Assembly (NCBI GenBank): GCA_040880145.1
Contig: JBBDIZ010000027.1
Span: forward strand, 17,069 to 81,068
Length of the DNA: 64,000 nucleotides
Direction of reading: 5' to 3'
Source of the DNA: Simkaniaceae bacterium
GTDB taxonomy: Bacteria > Chlamydiota > Chlamydiia > Chlamydiales > JAJFMI01
The position numbers were made by a program, and so were the translations under genes. Numbering within the stretch: position 1 is the stretch's first letter; each line of letters begins with the position of its first letter. The notes beneath the pieces are model-generated. The model made no database searches. It was given only the letters and a program-made list of their open reading frames with translations, and was not told the origin of the DNA. Shown piece by piece: positions 11,722 to 22,044 of this stretch.

Positions 11722-11925
11722 TTATTGAGCTGCATTCTTTTTTGCACTGAGTGCGGTAAGTATGCGTGCTTTATTCCTTCTGTTTTCCTTTATGAGATGC
11801 GGTTTGTCTACTTTTCGCTCGATTCCGAGACGATTTCTCAGCGTAAACAGTTCCCTCTCTAAATCGTTTAAAAGATTCGAAAGGTCCTCTTCATTTTGAT
11901 TGGCTAAATCGCTATATTTCATCAT
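11722..11925 (-). CDS. rpmC: 50S ribosomal protein L29
   Basis: Size, position, [17 protein letters not shown]. Confidence 0.93.
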   Translation of the reverse strand: MMKYSDLANQNEEDLSNLLNDLERELFTLRNRLGIERKVDKPHLIKENRRNKARILTALSAKKNAAQ

Positions 11926-11936
11926 TTTTTTGGCCT

Positions 11937-12356
11937 CTATATTCTTTCAATACGATCTACAAAACGTGTTTTGATAGGTAATTTTGCAGCAGCACGGACT
12001 AAGGCCTGCTGAGCATCCTCACGGCTAACATTTGCAACTTCAAAAAGAACCCGGCCCGGCTTTACAACAGCAACCCAGTGATCCGGAGGTCCCTTCCCTT
12101 TACCCATTCTCGTCTCAGCAGGTTTTTTAGAAACCGGCTTGTGAGGGAAAATCTTAATCCAGACCTTGCCCTTACGACTAAAATAACGTGTGATTGCAAC
12201 ACGGCATGCTTCAATTTGCTGAGCGGTGATGCGCCCTCTATCTAGGGCTTGAATACCGAAATCACCAAATTCTACAAATTGTCCCGCTTGTGAAAGTCCT
12301 CGTTGACTCCCTTTTTGTTGTTTACGGTATTTAACTCTTGATGGAATTTTCGTCAT
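11937..12356 (-). CDS. rplP: 50S ribosomal protein L16
   Basis: ETRMGKGKG. Confidence 0.98.
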   Translation of the reverse strand: MTKIPSRVKYRKQQKGSQRGLSQAGQFVEFGDFGIQALDRGRITAQQIEACRVAITRYFSRKGKVWIKIFPHKPVSKKPAETRMGKGKGPPDHWVAVVKPGRVLFEVANVSREDAQQALVRAAAKLPIKTRFVDRIERI

Positions 12357-12367
12357 CGATATGCCCC

Positions 12368-13012
12368 TTAGCTTGCTTTTTTCTGCGAATATGCATCGCC
12401 TTTATTAATCCAAACCTTAATGCCAATAGAGCCGTAGGTCGTTTCAGCGCGTGCTGTAGCGTAATCTATGTTAGTTCGAAGAGTATGTAAGGGTATGCGT
12501 CCATCCTTATACCATTCTGTACGAGCAATTTCGGCCCCGCCGACACGACCGGAGATCTGGACTTTAATCCCAGCGGCTCCTGCATCCATACCGGACTGAA
12601 TTGCTTTTTTAAGAACGCGGCGATAAGGCATCCGTCTTTCAATTTGACGGCCAATCCCTTCCGCAACAAGTTTAGCATCCATATCCGGCCGCTTAACCTC
12701 TTGCACCTCAATCCATACCTCTTTGCCGGTGAGCTTACTCAAATCTTTTTTGAGAAGATCGATTTCAACGCCCTTCTTCCCAATGACAAGCCCAGGTCTT
12801 GCTGTATGTATCGTAACCTCAACTTTACCACTCATTCGTTTGATGATAAATTTTGAGGAACCAACACAGGCTGATCTACTCGATAAAAATTTGCGGATAT
12901 TGAAATCCTCTAAAATCAGACCACCAAACTCTTGGCTATTGGCAAACCATACAGAACGCCAATCTTTATTATTCTTTAATCTAAACCCGATAGGGGATGT
13001 TTTTTGACCCAT
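12368..13012 (-). CDS. rpsC: 30S ribosomal protein S3
   Basis: [21 protein letters not shown]. Confidence 0.98.
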   Translation of the reverse strand: MGQKTSPIGFRLKNNKDWRSVWFANSQEFGGLILEDFNIRKFLSSRSACVGSSKFIIKRMSGKVEVTIHTARPGLVIGKKGVEIDLLKKDLSKLTGKEVWIEVQEVKRPDMDAKLVAEGIGRQIERRMPYRRVLKKAIQSGMDAGAAGIKVQISGRVGGAEIARTEWYKDGRIPLHTLRTNIDYATARAETTYGSIGIKVWINKGDAYSQKKAS

Positions 13013-13013
13013 G

Positions 13014-13364
13014 TTATTTCTCTACTCTCCCTTTGTCAGAAACTAGAACAGTAATGTGACTGGTCCGTTTTAAAATTGGCACGCGTCCTCCACGACACTT
13101 TGATTTTGCACGCTTTAGGTGAGGACCTCCATCAATTCTCACTTCAGAAACTGTGAGGTCTTGGCGATCTATCCCTAGCTGTGTTTCCGCATTGGCGACA
13201 GCGCTATCTAAAGTTTTTTGGAGCAAACGTCCAGCTTTTAAATTTGAAAACTTGAGTTGCTCTGTTGCCTCTACAACGCCTTTACCACGAATGAGACCGG
13301 CGGCGAGTCGTGCCTTTCTTGGGCTAATTCGAACATATTTGCTTTTTGCTATTGCCTCTTTCAT
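13014..13364 (-). CDS. rplV: 50S ribosomal protein L22
   Basis: [17 protein letters not shown]. Confidence 0.98.
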   Translation of the reverse strand: MKEAIAKSKYVRISPRKARLAAGLIRGKGVVEATEQLKFSNLKAGRLLQKTLDSAVANAETQLGIDRQDLTVSEVRIDGGPHLKRAKSKCRGGRVPILKRTSHITVLVSDKGRVEK

Positions 13365-13373
13365 GATGCTTCC

Positions 13374-13640
13374 TTACTTTTTCTGAGTATGGCCTTTAAA
13401 TAGGCGTGTGGGTGCAAATTCTCCAACTCGATGTCCTACCATGTTCTCAGAGACATAAACTGTGATAAACTTATGTCCGTTGTGAACCTCAAAAGTTAGC
13501 CCAATCATATCAGGCACAATCATGGACCGACGAGACCACGTCTTGATGGGTTTTCTTGAATCTCCGGAATCTTTTTGACGGATTACCTTTTGCATAAGGT
13601 GATGATCGACAAAAGGACCTTTTCTTAAGGATCTAGCCAT
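13374..13640 (-). CDS. rpsS: 30S ribosomal protein S19
   Basis: [17 protein letters not shown]. Confidence 0.98.
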   Translation of the reverse strand: MARSLRKGPFVDHHLMQKVIRQKDSGDSRKPIKTWSRRSMIVPDMIGLTFEVHNGHKFITVYVSENMVGHRVGEFAPTRLFKGHTQKK

Positions 13641-13650
13641 AATCTTTTAC

Positions 13651-14493
13651 CTATTTCTTCCTGCGATCTTTGACGATCATCTTGTTAGACTTCTTTTTAG
13701 AACGTGTTTTACGCCCTTTTGTCTCCTTCGCCCATGGAGTCTGAGGAATGTAGCCGTTATGTCTCCCTTCACCTCCCCCATGGGGGTGGTCAACGGGGTT
13801 CATAGCTGTACCTCGCACTGTCGGTCTAAAACCTTTCCAACGAGTTCTCCCAGCCTTCCCTTCAACACGAAGGTTTTTCTCAGCGTTTGAAACCGCTCCA
13901 AGCGTTGCTCGACAGCTTTCATTGATCAAACGTACTTCACCAGATGGCATTTTAAGCGTCGCATAACCGCTGCTTCTTGCAAGCAATTGCGCAGAAAGTC
14001 CAGCAGACCGGACAAGCTTTCCGCCTTTTCCAGGTTTCATCTCAACATTGTGGATGACAGACCCAAGAGGAATACTCTTTAGCGGCATGGTGCACCCAAC
14101 CTTTACAGGAGTTTTTTCACCAGAAAAGATTTTATCGCCAACTTTTATTTTTTGGGGCGCAATAATGTAGCGCTTCTCACCATCGATGTAGTTAACGAGC
14201 GCTATATGTGCGCTTCGATTTGGATCGTACTCAATTGAAGCAACTCTTGCTTCAATATCGTCTTTATTTCTCTTAAAATCGATTAGACGATAGGAGCGCT
14301 TATGTCCTCCACCACGATGACGGCATGTAATATGCCCATGATGGTTTCGGCCATTTGTCTTTTTCTTATGGGTCAGAAGACTCTTGGTTGGCTCAACTGT
14401 TTTACGAGTATTATCCAGCCGAGTGAGCTCCTCATGACTTTCAAGAACGAGGAGACGTCTAGAGGGAGTCGTGGGACGAAATTTTTTGACCAT
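13651..14493 (-). CDS. rplB: 50S ribosomal protein L2
   Basis: [22 protein letters not shown]. Confidence 0.98.
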   Translation of the reverse strand: MVKKFRPTTPSRRLLVLESHEELTRLDNTRKTVEPTKSLLTHKKKTNGRNHHGHITCRHRGGGHKRSYRLIDFKRNKDDIEARVASIEYDPNRSAHIALVNYIDGEKRYIIAPQKIKVGDKIFSGEKTPVKVGCTMPLKSIPLGSVIHNVEMKPGKGGKLVRSAGLSAQLLARSSGYATLKMPSGEVRLINESCRATLGAVSNAEKNLRVEGKAGRTRWKGFRPTVRGTAMNPVDHPHGGGEGRHNGYIPQTPWAKETKGRKTRSKKKSNKMIVKDRRKK

Positions 14494-14505
14494 GATTCGT
14501 TTCTC

Positions 14506-14841
14506 CTATACTTCTGCTTCTATTTTGTCGCCTTCTTCAAGCGTCACAACTGCCTTCTTAAAGGCCGCTGTTTTACCGGGGCGGCCTCTTACGCGCTTGC
14601 GCTTGGGCTTGGTAATACTTGTATTGACCGATTTAACGGTGACATTGCTTTCGCGATAGATCTCCTCGATCGCCAACTTAATCTCTTTCTTATTCGCGTT
14701 GATATCGACAAGAAAGACATATTTTGGCTTTGAGCACGCTTTTAAAGACGCATTGCTCTCGCTGTTGACGAGATTCTCTAATACGTTAGATTTCTCTGTC
14801 ATATAGCGTGATTTAATCACGGTGTAAGCATTTCTTCTCAT
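14506..14841 (-). CDS. rplW: 50S ribosomal protein L23
   Basis: ANKKEIKLAIE, KKAVVTL. Confidence 0.96.
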   Translation of the reverse strand: MRRNAYTVIKSRYMTEKSNVLENLVNSESNASLKACSKPKYVFLVDINANKKEIKLAIEEIYRESNVTVKSVNTSITKPKRKRVRGRPGKTAAFKKAVVTLEEGDKIEAEV

Positions 14842-15485
14842 GAGATTCTCTCCCCTATTAAACTTTTAAACTCATCAACAGCAGATTGCATGACAATGAG
14901 ATTACGAGTTAGAGCGAGGTCATAGCCATTGACACCAATTGCACGCTTACACTCAATTTTCGGAAGGTTTCGAACGCTTTTACAAAAATTCGTGAAATCA
15001 TTTTTTTCATCTTTAAGAAACAAGGTGCGCTTTCCGTCAATGCTTCGACTTTTAAGAAAGTTAAATACACTTTTTGTGCGAGGCGCTTCAAAATTCACGT
15101 CTTCGAGCACAATCACGGAGTCACTCTTAATAAGATCAATGATTAAAGCCTTGATTGCTGCACGCTTTTCTTTTCGATTAATCCGAATATTTTGTTTGAA
15201 TTTTGGCTTTGGGCCAAAGACAATACCCCCACCCTTGTATTGAGGAGATCCTAAGAAACCTTGACGAGCATTTCCTGTTCCTTTTTGAGGGTGTGGCTTT
15301 TTATTACTATAGCTAATTTCTGCTCTTTCTTTTGTGTTGGCCGACCATTGGCGTTTATTAGCACGAAGAGCGACTAAGTAATCCTTGATCATTTGCGGCG
15401 CGACCTTCGTCTCAAGGAGGGCTTCGTCGATTTCTACGACTCCCGTTTCTTGACCGTTAAGATCATATTTCTTTATCTGAACCAT
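14838..15485 (-). CDS. rplD: 50S ribosomal protein L4
   Basis: KPHPQKGTGNARQG. Confidence 0.98.
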   Translation of the reverse strand: MVQIKKYDLNGQETGVVEIDEALLETKVAPQMIKDYLVALRANKRQWSANTKERAEISYSNKKPHPQKGTGNARQGFLGSPQYKGGGIVFGPKPKFKQNIRINRKEKRAAIKALIIDLIKSDSVIVLEDVNFEAPRTKSVFNFLKSRSIDGKRTLFLKDEKNDFTNFCKSVRNLPKIECKRAIGVNGYDLALTRNLIVMQSAVDEFKSLIGERIS

Positions 15486-16148
15486 CTAGGATCTCCCCTT
15501 TGCCAGTTGCTCTTTCTTAAGTGATTTTCTGATATAGACGAGGCCATTTTTGCATCCTGGAACAGCGCCTTTTACGAATAAAACACGTTTTTCACTATCT
15601 GCTTTAATGACCTTAAGGCCCTCTTGAGTCACTCTTTCATCACCCATATGGCCTGCTTTTTTTCCTCCGGGAAAGTTTCGCCCTGGAGTCGAGCGGCATC
15701 CTGTTGAACCGGCAGAGCGGTGAAAGCCGGAGCCGTGAGCTGCGGGCCCGCCTTTAAAGTTATGGCGTTTCATTACCCCTTGAAATCCCTTTCCCTTAGA
15801 ACGTCCTACGACATCAACAAAAGTGCATTCAGCAAATGCCTCGACGCCGATTTCTTGGCCGATTTCAAAATTTTCCAGCGATTCAACACGTGATTCGATT
15901 ATGAATTCACGGGGCTCAAGCTTCTGTGAAGAAAAATGACCCGCCAAAGGCTTTGTCATGTTTTTCTTTCTAGAGCTTTTTAATTTAAAGGCGCCGAGTT
16001 GAATTGCTTGATAACCATCTTTTTCGAGAGTCTTAACCTGAGTCACCACGTTGGGTTCAACTAAGATTACAGTGCAGACAATCAGGTTCCCAGACGGGTC
16101 ATATACCTGGGTCATCCCCACTTTTTTTCCCATTAGTTTAAGATTCAT
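15486..16148 (-). CDS. rplC: 50S ribosomal protein L3
   Basis: GKKVGMTQ, SKGKGFQGVMKRHNF. Confidence 0.98.
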   Translation of the reverse strand: MNLKLMGKKVGMTQVYDPSGNLIVCTVILVEPNVVTQVKTLEKDGYQAIQLGAFKLKSSRKKNMTKPLAGHFSSQKLEPREFIIESRVESLENFEIGQEIGVEAFAECTFVDVVGRSKGKGFQGVMKRHNFKGGPAAHGSGFHRSAGSTGCRSTPGRNFPGGKKAGHMGDERVTQEGLKVIKADSEKRVLFVKGAVPGCKNGLVYIRKSLKKEQLAKGRS

Positions 16149-16244
16149 TCATTCCCTTTCTTTTTCTCTTCCCGTTAAAAAATATTTAACGAGAGGGCAT
16201 TGAAGCAATTTATTAAATAATTTACATTCCCAAAGCATTGAGGT

Positions 16245-16273
16245 AGTGTAGTCGAAATCAAAATATATCTCAA
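16245..16273 (-). promoter_or_regulatory. Sigma66 promoter of the rplC operon
   Basis: TTGAGA-17 nt-TACACT on the minus strand, about 95 nt upstream of rplC. Confidence 0.65.
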
Positions 16274-16348
16274 CTGCCAAAACGTTTGGCTTTGAAGTTT
16301 TACAAATGTGCCGTGTGAACACTGCTTCCAGTGTAGGTGTGGTAGGCA

Positions 16349-16531
16349 TCATAGCATCGCACGTGAATTTAGAGCTATTCTTTTTTTGCTCTTCACTGAA
16401 TTCAATTGAGTCCTTGGTGGAATTTCAATTCTCTTCGCCGTTATCTCTGAAATAATTAAAAGAGTAATCATCATGCCAACGAGAAGTAGGACGATGGCCC
16501 ATTCTCTTGCCTTCAATTTTTCTCTTGTCAT
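16349..16531 (-). CDS. Small single-TM membrane protein (about 60 aa)
   Basis: ATG directly after the upstream stop; one TM segment WAIVLLLVGMMITLLII; basic tail. Confidence 0.5.
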   Translation of the reverse strand: MTREKLKAREWAIVLLLVGMMITLLIISEITAKRIEIPPRTQLNSVKSKKRIALNSRAML

Positions 16532-16532
16532 T

Positions 16533-17228
16533 TTATAGGGAGGCTGGTGTTGAAAATTTCCGGTAAAGATGAGGATCAAACTTTTTTTGATGAACCTCGG
16601 CTGAATCAATTAATTTATAGTCTACAATCTCAATTACGAAACCGGGCAAGCATAGAACCAGTAAAATAAGAAGAGGTGCAAAAGCGATGAGCGTAACAAG
16701 GGTTAATGCGCTTCCAGAGACAAGGGTTGGACTCACAAGAGAAATTAGACTAAAGATTGTCCAAAATAAAAACCCCAGTGTCGAGGTTATTTTGAGAACA
16801 AGGCTCGTCTCCATGATGTCGCTTAAAACCGGCCCTCTTTCTGCAAAACTATCGACGTTTTTCGACTCCCGCTCTTTTTGAATGGAAATAGCCCAAGCAT
16901 CTTCAGAATACTGAATCATATCCCCATAGTATTTAAAAATATAAATACAATTTAATGTCGTTGCAAAAACGCCGGATACATTGAGCGCAAGAGAAAAGAG
17001 CCTAAACCCCTCCATTGACCTAACCATCCCCCCGATACCCGAAATAAGGGCCACTCCAGAAAACAACTGCTTAACGCTATGACTCCACCGATCTAATCGA
17101 TCCAGCTCAAAAATTTTTGAATCAGGGCTCTTGTACATCACTTCTGTAAAATTTTTGATACCGGAGCCCAAACAAAGCGCATTAAACGCAAGCTCCCCTG
17201 AAGTTTTAACATTTATCAAACAATGCAT
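16533..17228 (-). CDS. Hypothetical membrane protein with C-terminal bilobed hydrophobic domain (Cap1-locus gene 3)
   Basis: About 60-aa C-terminal hydrophobic hairpin; last of three similar tandem genes. Confidence 0.7.
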   Translation of the reverse strand: MHCLINVKTSGELAFNALCLGSGIKNFTEVMYKSPDSKIFELDRLDRWSHSVKQLFSGVALISGIGGMVRSMEGFRLFSLALNVSGVFATTLNCIYIFKYYGDMIQYSEDAWAISIQKERESKNVDSFAERGPVLSDIMETSLVLKITSTLGFLFWTIFSLISLVSPTLVSGSALTLVTLIAFAPLLILLVLCLPGFVIEIVDYKLIDSAEVHQKKFDPHLYRKFSTPASL

Positions 17229-17236
17229 TCAGCACC

Positions 17237-18076
17237 TTAAACAACAGCGGGTTTACAAGGATTTATATATTGTCCCTTTTGAAATTCTGCACTTTCCGAA
17301 ACAAAAAAGGCCAGAAGAGTCAAGATTAGGCCTAATGTAGCAAGGGTAAGCATCAGAGGAGAAGCGATTGAAAAACCAATAATAGCAGCTGCAAGAAGTA
17401 ATGCACAGACAATAAAACCTATACAATACTTACAAAGATCAAGCAATTCAGCGATTGTATAAGTTGTAATAATTGTATTTTGATCTATATCAAATTCTTC
17501 TCCACCGCCTTTTGCCTCTCCTAATTTTTTATTTTGCCATTTTTCATTTCTTATCAAAAGATTATCCAAGCAGTTTCCAATTTTTATAATTAAAAAAACA
17601 GTATTTCCAGCGTGTTGACCCTTTGCAAGAAGACTGCAACCCGGAACATCTACAATATTTTTTTTATCAAAAAACCGCGCGACTTCACAGACTTTTGCTA
17701 TGGTCACCGAGACGTTTGCGACCCCCTTTGTTACGGCATCAAAAACATCCAACCCCTTTTTATTTTCATTCAATAAAGTTTCGGTAATTTCTTGGGAGGA
17801 TTCAAGCGTCGAACAAACAAGACCAATAAGCTCTGGAATCGCCATGATCGACTTCGCATCGCATGTCAGCCTTTTTAAATTTTGGACTTGCTCTAATCCT
17901 CTGCCTTTAAAATAACCGGAACACTCCAGCGTCTCTGTAAGATAACTAAACCAGCTTACAGCATTAATAAACCCCTTGTAGAGCTCCTTAGGCTGTTCCC
18001 TTACATACTTCTTTACAAGAAAAATAGGGTTCGTCTGTACATACGACTGAATTCGTGGTTCACCGACTGCTGACAT
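17237..18076 (-). CDS. Hypothetical membrane protein, Inc/Cap1-like (Cap1-locus gene 2)
   Basis: AGGAG Shine-Dalgarno; C-terminal hairpin CIGFIVCALLLAAAIIGFSIASPLMLTLATLGLILTLLAFFV. Confidence 0.75.
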   Translation of the reverse strand: MSAVGEPRIQSYVQTNPIFLVKKYVREQPKELYKGFINAVSWFSYLTETLECSGYFKGRGLEQVQNLKRLTCDAKSIMAIPELIGLVCSTLESSQEITETLLNENKKGLDVFDAVTKGVANVSVTIAKVCEVARFFDKKNIVDVPGCSLLAKGQHAGNTVFLIIKIGNCLDNLLIRNEKWQNKKLGEAKGGGEEFDIDQNTIITTYTIAELLDLCKYCIGFIVCALLLAAAIIGFSIASPLMLTLATLGLILTLLAFFVSESAEFQKGQYINPCKPAVV

Positions 18077-18091
18077 GATAGCTCCTAACTT

Positions 18092-18814
18092 TTAAAGACT
18101 CGCTTTTAGTTGATGGTAATTTTTCGAATTTTTCCAATACTCGATCTCCTGATCGACAAAATAACTCCCTAGGCTTGCAGCAATGACAAGAGAGGAGAGG
18201 ACCAAAATCAAGGGGGTCAGCCCCGGAAATGCCCAAATAAAAAAAATAACAGCAAGGCATTCCACCGCAATAGCTGCAATAGCAAGCGCAGCATCGATAC
18301 TGTTTTTTAAGATCTTCATATTCTCGACACACTCCAAACGGGGATCATTTCCTGTCTCTCTTGTCAACCCTTCATAGAGCCCAAACAACGCCCTTGCAAG
18401 GTCATTCAAATTTACAATGACATCAAAAAGTCCTCCGATCGCTCCAAAGAACTCTCGATTTACTCTAAAGCAGCCAAAATGATCGCCTAAATGGATCACA
18501 CGGATTCCCGCTTCAATCGAAGCGCACCCATGAACAAAAAAATCTTTAACCCTTAAGGCTGTTTCAACCCACTCTTCTTTCTCATTTATATGGAGGGTAA
18601 TGGCTAAATAACCATCGCTTGCCATACAACAAACTTCCCTTCCAAAATCATAGGGAGAGAACAAAGCGATCCCTCTTTCAAGCAAACGACTCTCTTCCTG
18701 AAAGGTTAAAGACTTTCCGAGAGTTTCCGGGAGCAGAAAGAGGCTCCATTCACAGATTACATTTGGAATTTCAATAAACTTTTTTGACTGTTCCCAAATG
18801 AACTGAAATCCCAC
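18092..18814 (-). CDS. Hypothetical membrane protein, Inc/Cap1-like (Cap1-locus gene 1)
   Basis: C-terminal hydrophobic hairpin with central Pro, same architecture as its neighbour. Confidence 0.75.
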   Translation of the reverse strand: MGFQFIWEQSKKFIEIPNVICEWSLFLLPETLGKSLTFQEESRLLERGIALFSPYDFGREVCCMASDGYLAITLHINEKEEWVETALRVKDFFVHGCASIEAGIRVIHLGDHFGCFRVNREFFGAIGGLFDVIVNLNDLARALFGLYEGLTRETGNDPRLECVENMKILKNSIDAALAIAAIAVECLAVIFFIWAFPGLTPLILVLSSLVIAASLGSYFVDQEIEYWKNSKNYHQLKASL

Positions 18815-18838
18815 AAGATTCCCTATCGATTTAGATCA

Positions 18839-18867
18839 AGAGTAGGAAATGCTTTAATTTATGTAAA
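18839..18867 (-). promoter_or_regulatory. Putative sigma66 promoter for the Cap1-locus cluster
   Basis: TTTACA-17 nt-TACTCT on the minus strand. Confidence 0.45.
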
Positions 18868-18871
18868 GGGA

Positions 18872-19810
18872 TTATGAAACAAAAATAATTTTTTTATAAA
18901 TTCCGCTCAAAAAGTCCTTTGCAGGCATTGCTTTTTTTCCTTCAGGTTGAAGCGAAAGGATTTGTAAACTTCCGGACTGACAAGCCACAATGAATTGCTT
19001 TTTTAACGAAAGAATCTGCCCGGGTTCTCCGGTTTGATCTTGAAGAACTTTTGTAGTTAATACTTTTAATCTTTTCTTGCACCCATCCACTTCAATAAAA
19101 GTGTAAGCCCCAGGTTTAGGAGAAAGTGCTCTAACTTTGTTATGAATATTTTGAGCAGACTGATTAAATGAGATCAACCCTTCCTCGGGTAATATTTTTG
19201 GAGCAAAAGTAACCTGAGAGGCATCCTGAGAAATTTTTTGAATTTTGCCTTTAGAACCTTGCTCTATGACAATTTTGATTGCTGACCGCGCGCGCGCGGT
19301 CAGCAGAGAGGTCAACTTTTCCTTTGTCATATCCTCTTCAATTTTCACTTTTTCAACGTGTAAAATATCTCCTGCGTCCATCTTTAATACCATTTCTATA
19401 ATCGTGACCCCCGTTTCATTCTCTCCATTCATCAAGACGCGTTCAATCGGTGCGGCTCCTCGATATTTTGGAAGAAGGCTCATATGAATATTAACAGGCA
19501 TGAGTTTTGGGACATCCAATAGATTCTGTTTTATGATTTCACCGTAGGCGACCACAATGAACAAATCAGGCTTTAATGCTTTTAATTGATCAGCCATTTC
19601 AGAAGAGGAGGCTTTTTCAGGTTGAAAAATCGGGACCTCCGGCGCGAGCTGTTTTGCGCAAATTTTTACAGCAGTAGGTGTCGTCTTCAAAGAGCGCCCT
19701 TTAGGGCGGTCAGGACGAGAGACAATCCCAACGATATTACAACGATTTTCAATTAGAAAACGAAGGATATCTGCGGCTATGGGGGGAGTTCCAAAAAAAA
19801 TAATTCTCAT
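18872..19810 (-). CDS. fmt: Methionyl-tRNA formyltransferase
   Basis: IIFFGTP, NIHMSLLPKYRGAAPI. Confidence 0.97.
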   Translation of the reverse strand: MRIIFFGTPPIAADILRFLIENRCNIVGIVSRPDRPKGRSLKTTPTAVKICAKQLAPEVPIFQPEKASSSEMADQLKALKPDLFIVVAYGEIIKQNLLDVPKLMPVNIHMSLLPKYRGAAPIERVLMNGENETGVTIIEMVLKMDAGDILHVEKVKIEEDMTKEKLTSLLTARARSAIKIVIEQGSKGKIQKISQDASQVTFAPKILPEEGLISFNQSAQNIHNKVRALSPKPGAYTFIEVDGCKKRLKVLTTKVLQDQTGEPGQILSLKKQFIVACQSGSLQILSLQPEGKKAMPAKDFLSGIYKKIIFVS

Positions 19811-20637
19811 CAGACCTCGAGAAGGTCTTCACATTTTTCACTTGCTTTTGTCACTCCATGAAGACCAATTAACCCCCTTTTCGAAGTTCGACAAAATTGG
19901 ACCCAATGAGCAACATGAGGATTACCTGCCACCTCTTCTTCAATCTTTCTCAATGCCTCTTCTAACGTATGATTTGAGCGATAGGTCAATGTGAATGCTT
20001 GTGAAAGCGCCTTCCGCACATCAATTGAAAAATCATTCCTTTTCAGTCCGACTAAATTGAGCCCTCCAAGTTTATAAGAATAACCGGCGCCGATCGTATA
20101 AGGGGGAACGTCGTAAGGGATCCGGCTAAATCCGCCGACCATTGAATACGCTCCGATTCTTGAGAATTGATGAACGGGGGTCATTCCTCCAATCACAACG
20201 TGATCCTCAACTTCGACATGACCAGCCAACATGGAGCCATTTGCCATGATCACGCGATCCCCAAGGGTGCAATTGTGCGCGACATGACAATAAGCCATAA
20301 TTAAGCAATCATCTCCAACACTGACAACAGAATTTTCTTGGCAAGATGAGTTGATCGTTACAAATTCCCGAATTTGGCACCGTTTGCCAATTCGAACAAA
20401 TGTTGTTTCTCCAGCATACTTGAGATCCTGAGTTTGAGTGCCGATGCTCGCGCTTGGCCAAATAACGCTCTCTTCTCCAATTGTCGTGTGACCATCGATA
20501 TAAGCATGAGATTTAATGACAACGCGATTTTCTAGACAAACGTTTTTCTTAATGATGGCATACGCTTCAATTTCGACATCTTCACCAATTTTTGCTCCTT
20601 CCTCAATAATCGCTGTCGGATGTATTTTATTTTTCAT
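19810..20637 (-). CDS. lpxA: UDP-N-acetylglucosamine acyltransferase
   Basis: IHPTAII, hexapeptide repeats, HVAHNC. Confidence 0.97.
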   Translation of the reverse strand: MKNKIHPTAIIEEGAKIGEDVEIEAYAIIKKNVCLENRVVIKSHAYIDGHTTIGEESVIWPSASIGTQTQDLKYAGETTFVRIGKRCQIREFVTINSSCQENSVVSVGDDCLIMAYCHVAHNCTLGDRVIMANGSMLAGHVEVEDHVVIGGMTPVHQFSRIGAYSMVGGFSRIPYDVPPYTIGAGYSYKLGGLNLVGLKRNDFSIDVRKALSQAFTLTYRSNHTLEEALRKIEEEVAGNPHVAHWVQFCRTSKRGLIGLHGVTKASEKCEDLLEV

Positions 20638-20646
20638 AAAATCCCT

Positions 20647-21099
20647 TTAGATTTGATGTTGCGCAACTAAAGCAAACCCTATTTCTGCTTCTGCAACCAC
20701 CTTATTTCTAACCACTCCTTGTGCTGAAATTTTACCTGCACGCGAACTGAAATGAATCTCTTTTGCGTGCAAATAGAGCGTATCGCCCGGTACTACAGGT
20801 CTTCGAAACTTCGCATTTTTGATATTTAAAAGAAGCGCTAAATGATCTGAATAGCCTTTTTTATGGATCAAAATTCCACCCGATTGGGCCAAAGCTTCGA
20901 TGATTAATACTCCCGGCATGATCGGAGCTGTCGGAAAGTGGCCTTGAAAAAAGTGTTCATTGTATGTGATATTTTTTTTTGAGATGATCTCTCCTTTTTC
21001 AAGGTCGAGTTTTACAACACGATCGATTAACAAAAAGGGATAACGGTGAGGAAGTATTTGAAGGACTTCTCGAATATCGATTAGATTCTCTTCATTCAT
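20647..21099 (-). CDS. fabZ: 3-hydroxyacyl-ACP dehydratase
   Basis: LPHRYPFLLIDRV, GHFP..PIMPGVLIIEALAQ. Confidence 0.97.
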   Translation of the reverse strand: MNEENLIDIREVLQILPHRYPFLLIDRVVKLDLEKGEIISKKNITYNEHFFQGHFPTAPIMPGVLIIEALAQSGGILIHKKGYSDHLALLLNIKNAKFRRPVVPGDTLYLHAKEIHFSSRAGKISAQGVVRNKVVAEAEIGFALVAQHQI

Positions 21100-22006
21100 C
21101 TCTAACTCTAAATGTATTCATATGATCAACAATCTCTTTAGCAAATAGGGTGTTGGATGTATGGCCTGACTTGATCGCTACGATGTGCACAAGAAGAGGG
21201 AATCCAATCAAGGAAATATCACCGATTAAATCCAGCACTTTATGCCGCACGCATTCGTCAGAAAAGCGTAAGCCTTCAGGGTTGATTACCGCATCATTTT
21301 TGATCACAACACCATTATCTAATGTCCCCCCCTTAATCAGCCCTTGCTCAATTAATGGGACAATTTCTTCATAGAGTGAAAAGGTTCGGCATGAGGCAAT
21401 TTCTTTTTTAAAAAGGTCCGGATTTACAGGAGTTGAATAAAACTGAGACTCCAAAAGCTTCGAGTTGGGATAACTAAGCGTATAGCTGATTCGAAATTCT
21501 TCAGAGGGCAGTGCGATGAGATGGACTTCGCCCCTTGACCAAAAAATAGGAGCAGTAAGGTGATGGATTGTCCGTGAATCAGCAAGGCAGGCAATTCCAC
21601 TTTTTTCAATAAGCTCCACAAATACATTTGCGGAACCATCTCCGGAGGGTATTTCACAGTTTGAAACTTCGATATACAGGTTATCGATGTCATAGGCATT
21701 GATAGCGGATAAAATATGCTCAACACTCTGAACATAGACGGATTCATTCCCAAGAATTGTGCAACGGGGGGTCTTGAAAATCGAAGAGACCTTGGCTGGA
21801 ATCAAAGGATGATTAGGAAGATCCACGCGTTTAAAAACAATCCCCGTCCCTGCCGGAGCCGGACAAAGAGTAATTTCAGATTTACACCCGGTGAATAGCC
21901 CGGTGCCCTTAATAGATACATATTGACTTAACGTTTTTTGCTTAGATTTTGATGACGAAAGAGATGTTTTTATTGCCTGCTTAGACGTAGAAGTGACGCT
22001 AGCCAA
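21092..22006 (-). CDS. lpxC: UDP-3-O-acyl-GlcNAc deacetylase
   Basis: VEHILSA, RHKVLDLIGD. Confidence 0.97.
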   Translation of the reverse strand: MASVTSTSKQAIKTSLSSSKSKQKTLSQYVSIKGTGLFTGCKSEITLCPAPAGTGIVFKRVDLPNHPLIPAKVSSIFKTPRCTILGNESVYVQSVEHILSAINAYDIDNLYIEVSNCEIPSGDGSANVFVELIEKSGIACLADSRTIHHLTAPIFWSRGEVHLIALPSEEFRISYTLSYPNSKLLESQFYSTPVNPDLFKKEIASCRTFSLYEEIVPLIEQGLIKGGTLDNGVVIKNDAVINPEGLRFSDECVRHKVLDLIGDISLIGFPLLVHIVAIKSGHTSNTLFAKEIVDHMNTFRVRDE

Positions 22007-22044
22007 AATAACCTAATTATTTTATTAAAAGTCTTTTAAAGAAA

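Noticed and set aside
4023..16148. Absence of rpsJ, rpsN, rpmD, adk, infA, rpmJ and rpsD from the ribosomal cluster
   Set aside because: This is the usual chlamydial arrangement
16149..16352. 67-aa ORF upstream of rplC as a possible rpsJ
   Set aside because: No similarity to S10, and it spans the rplC promoter and leader
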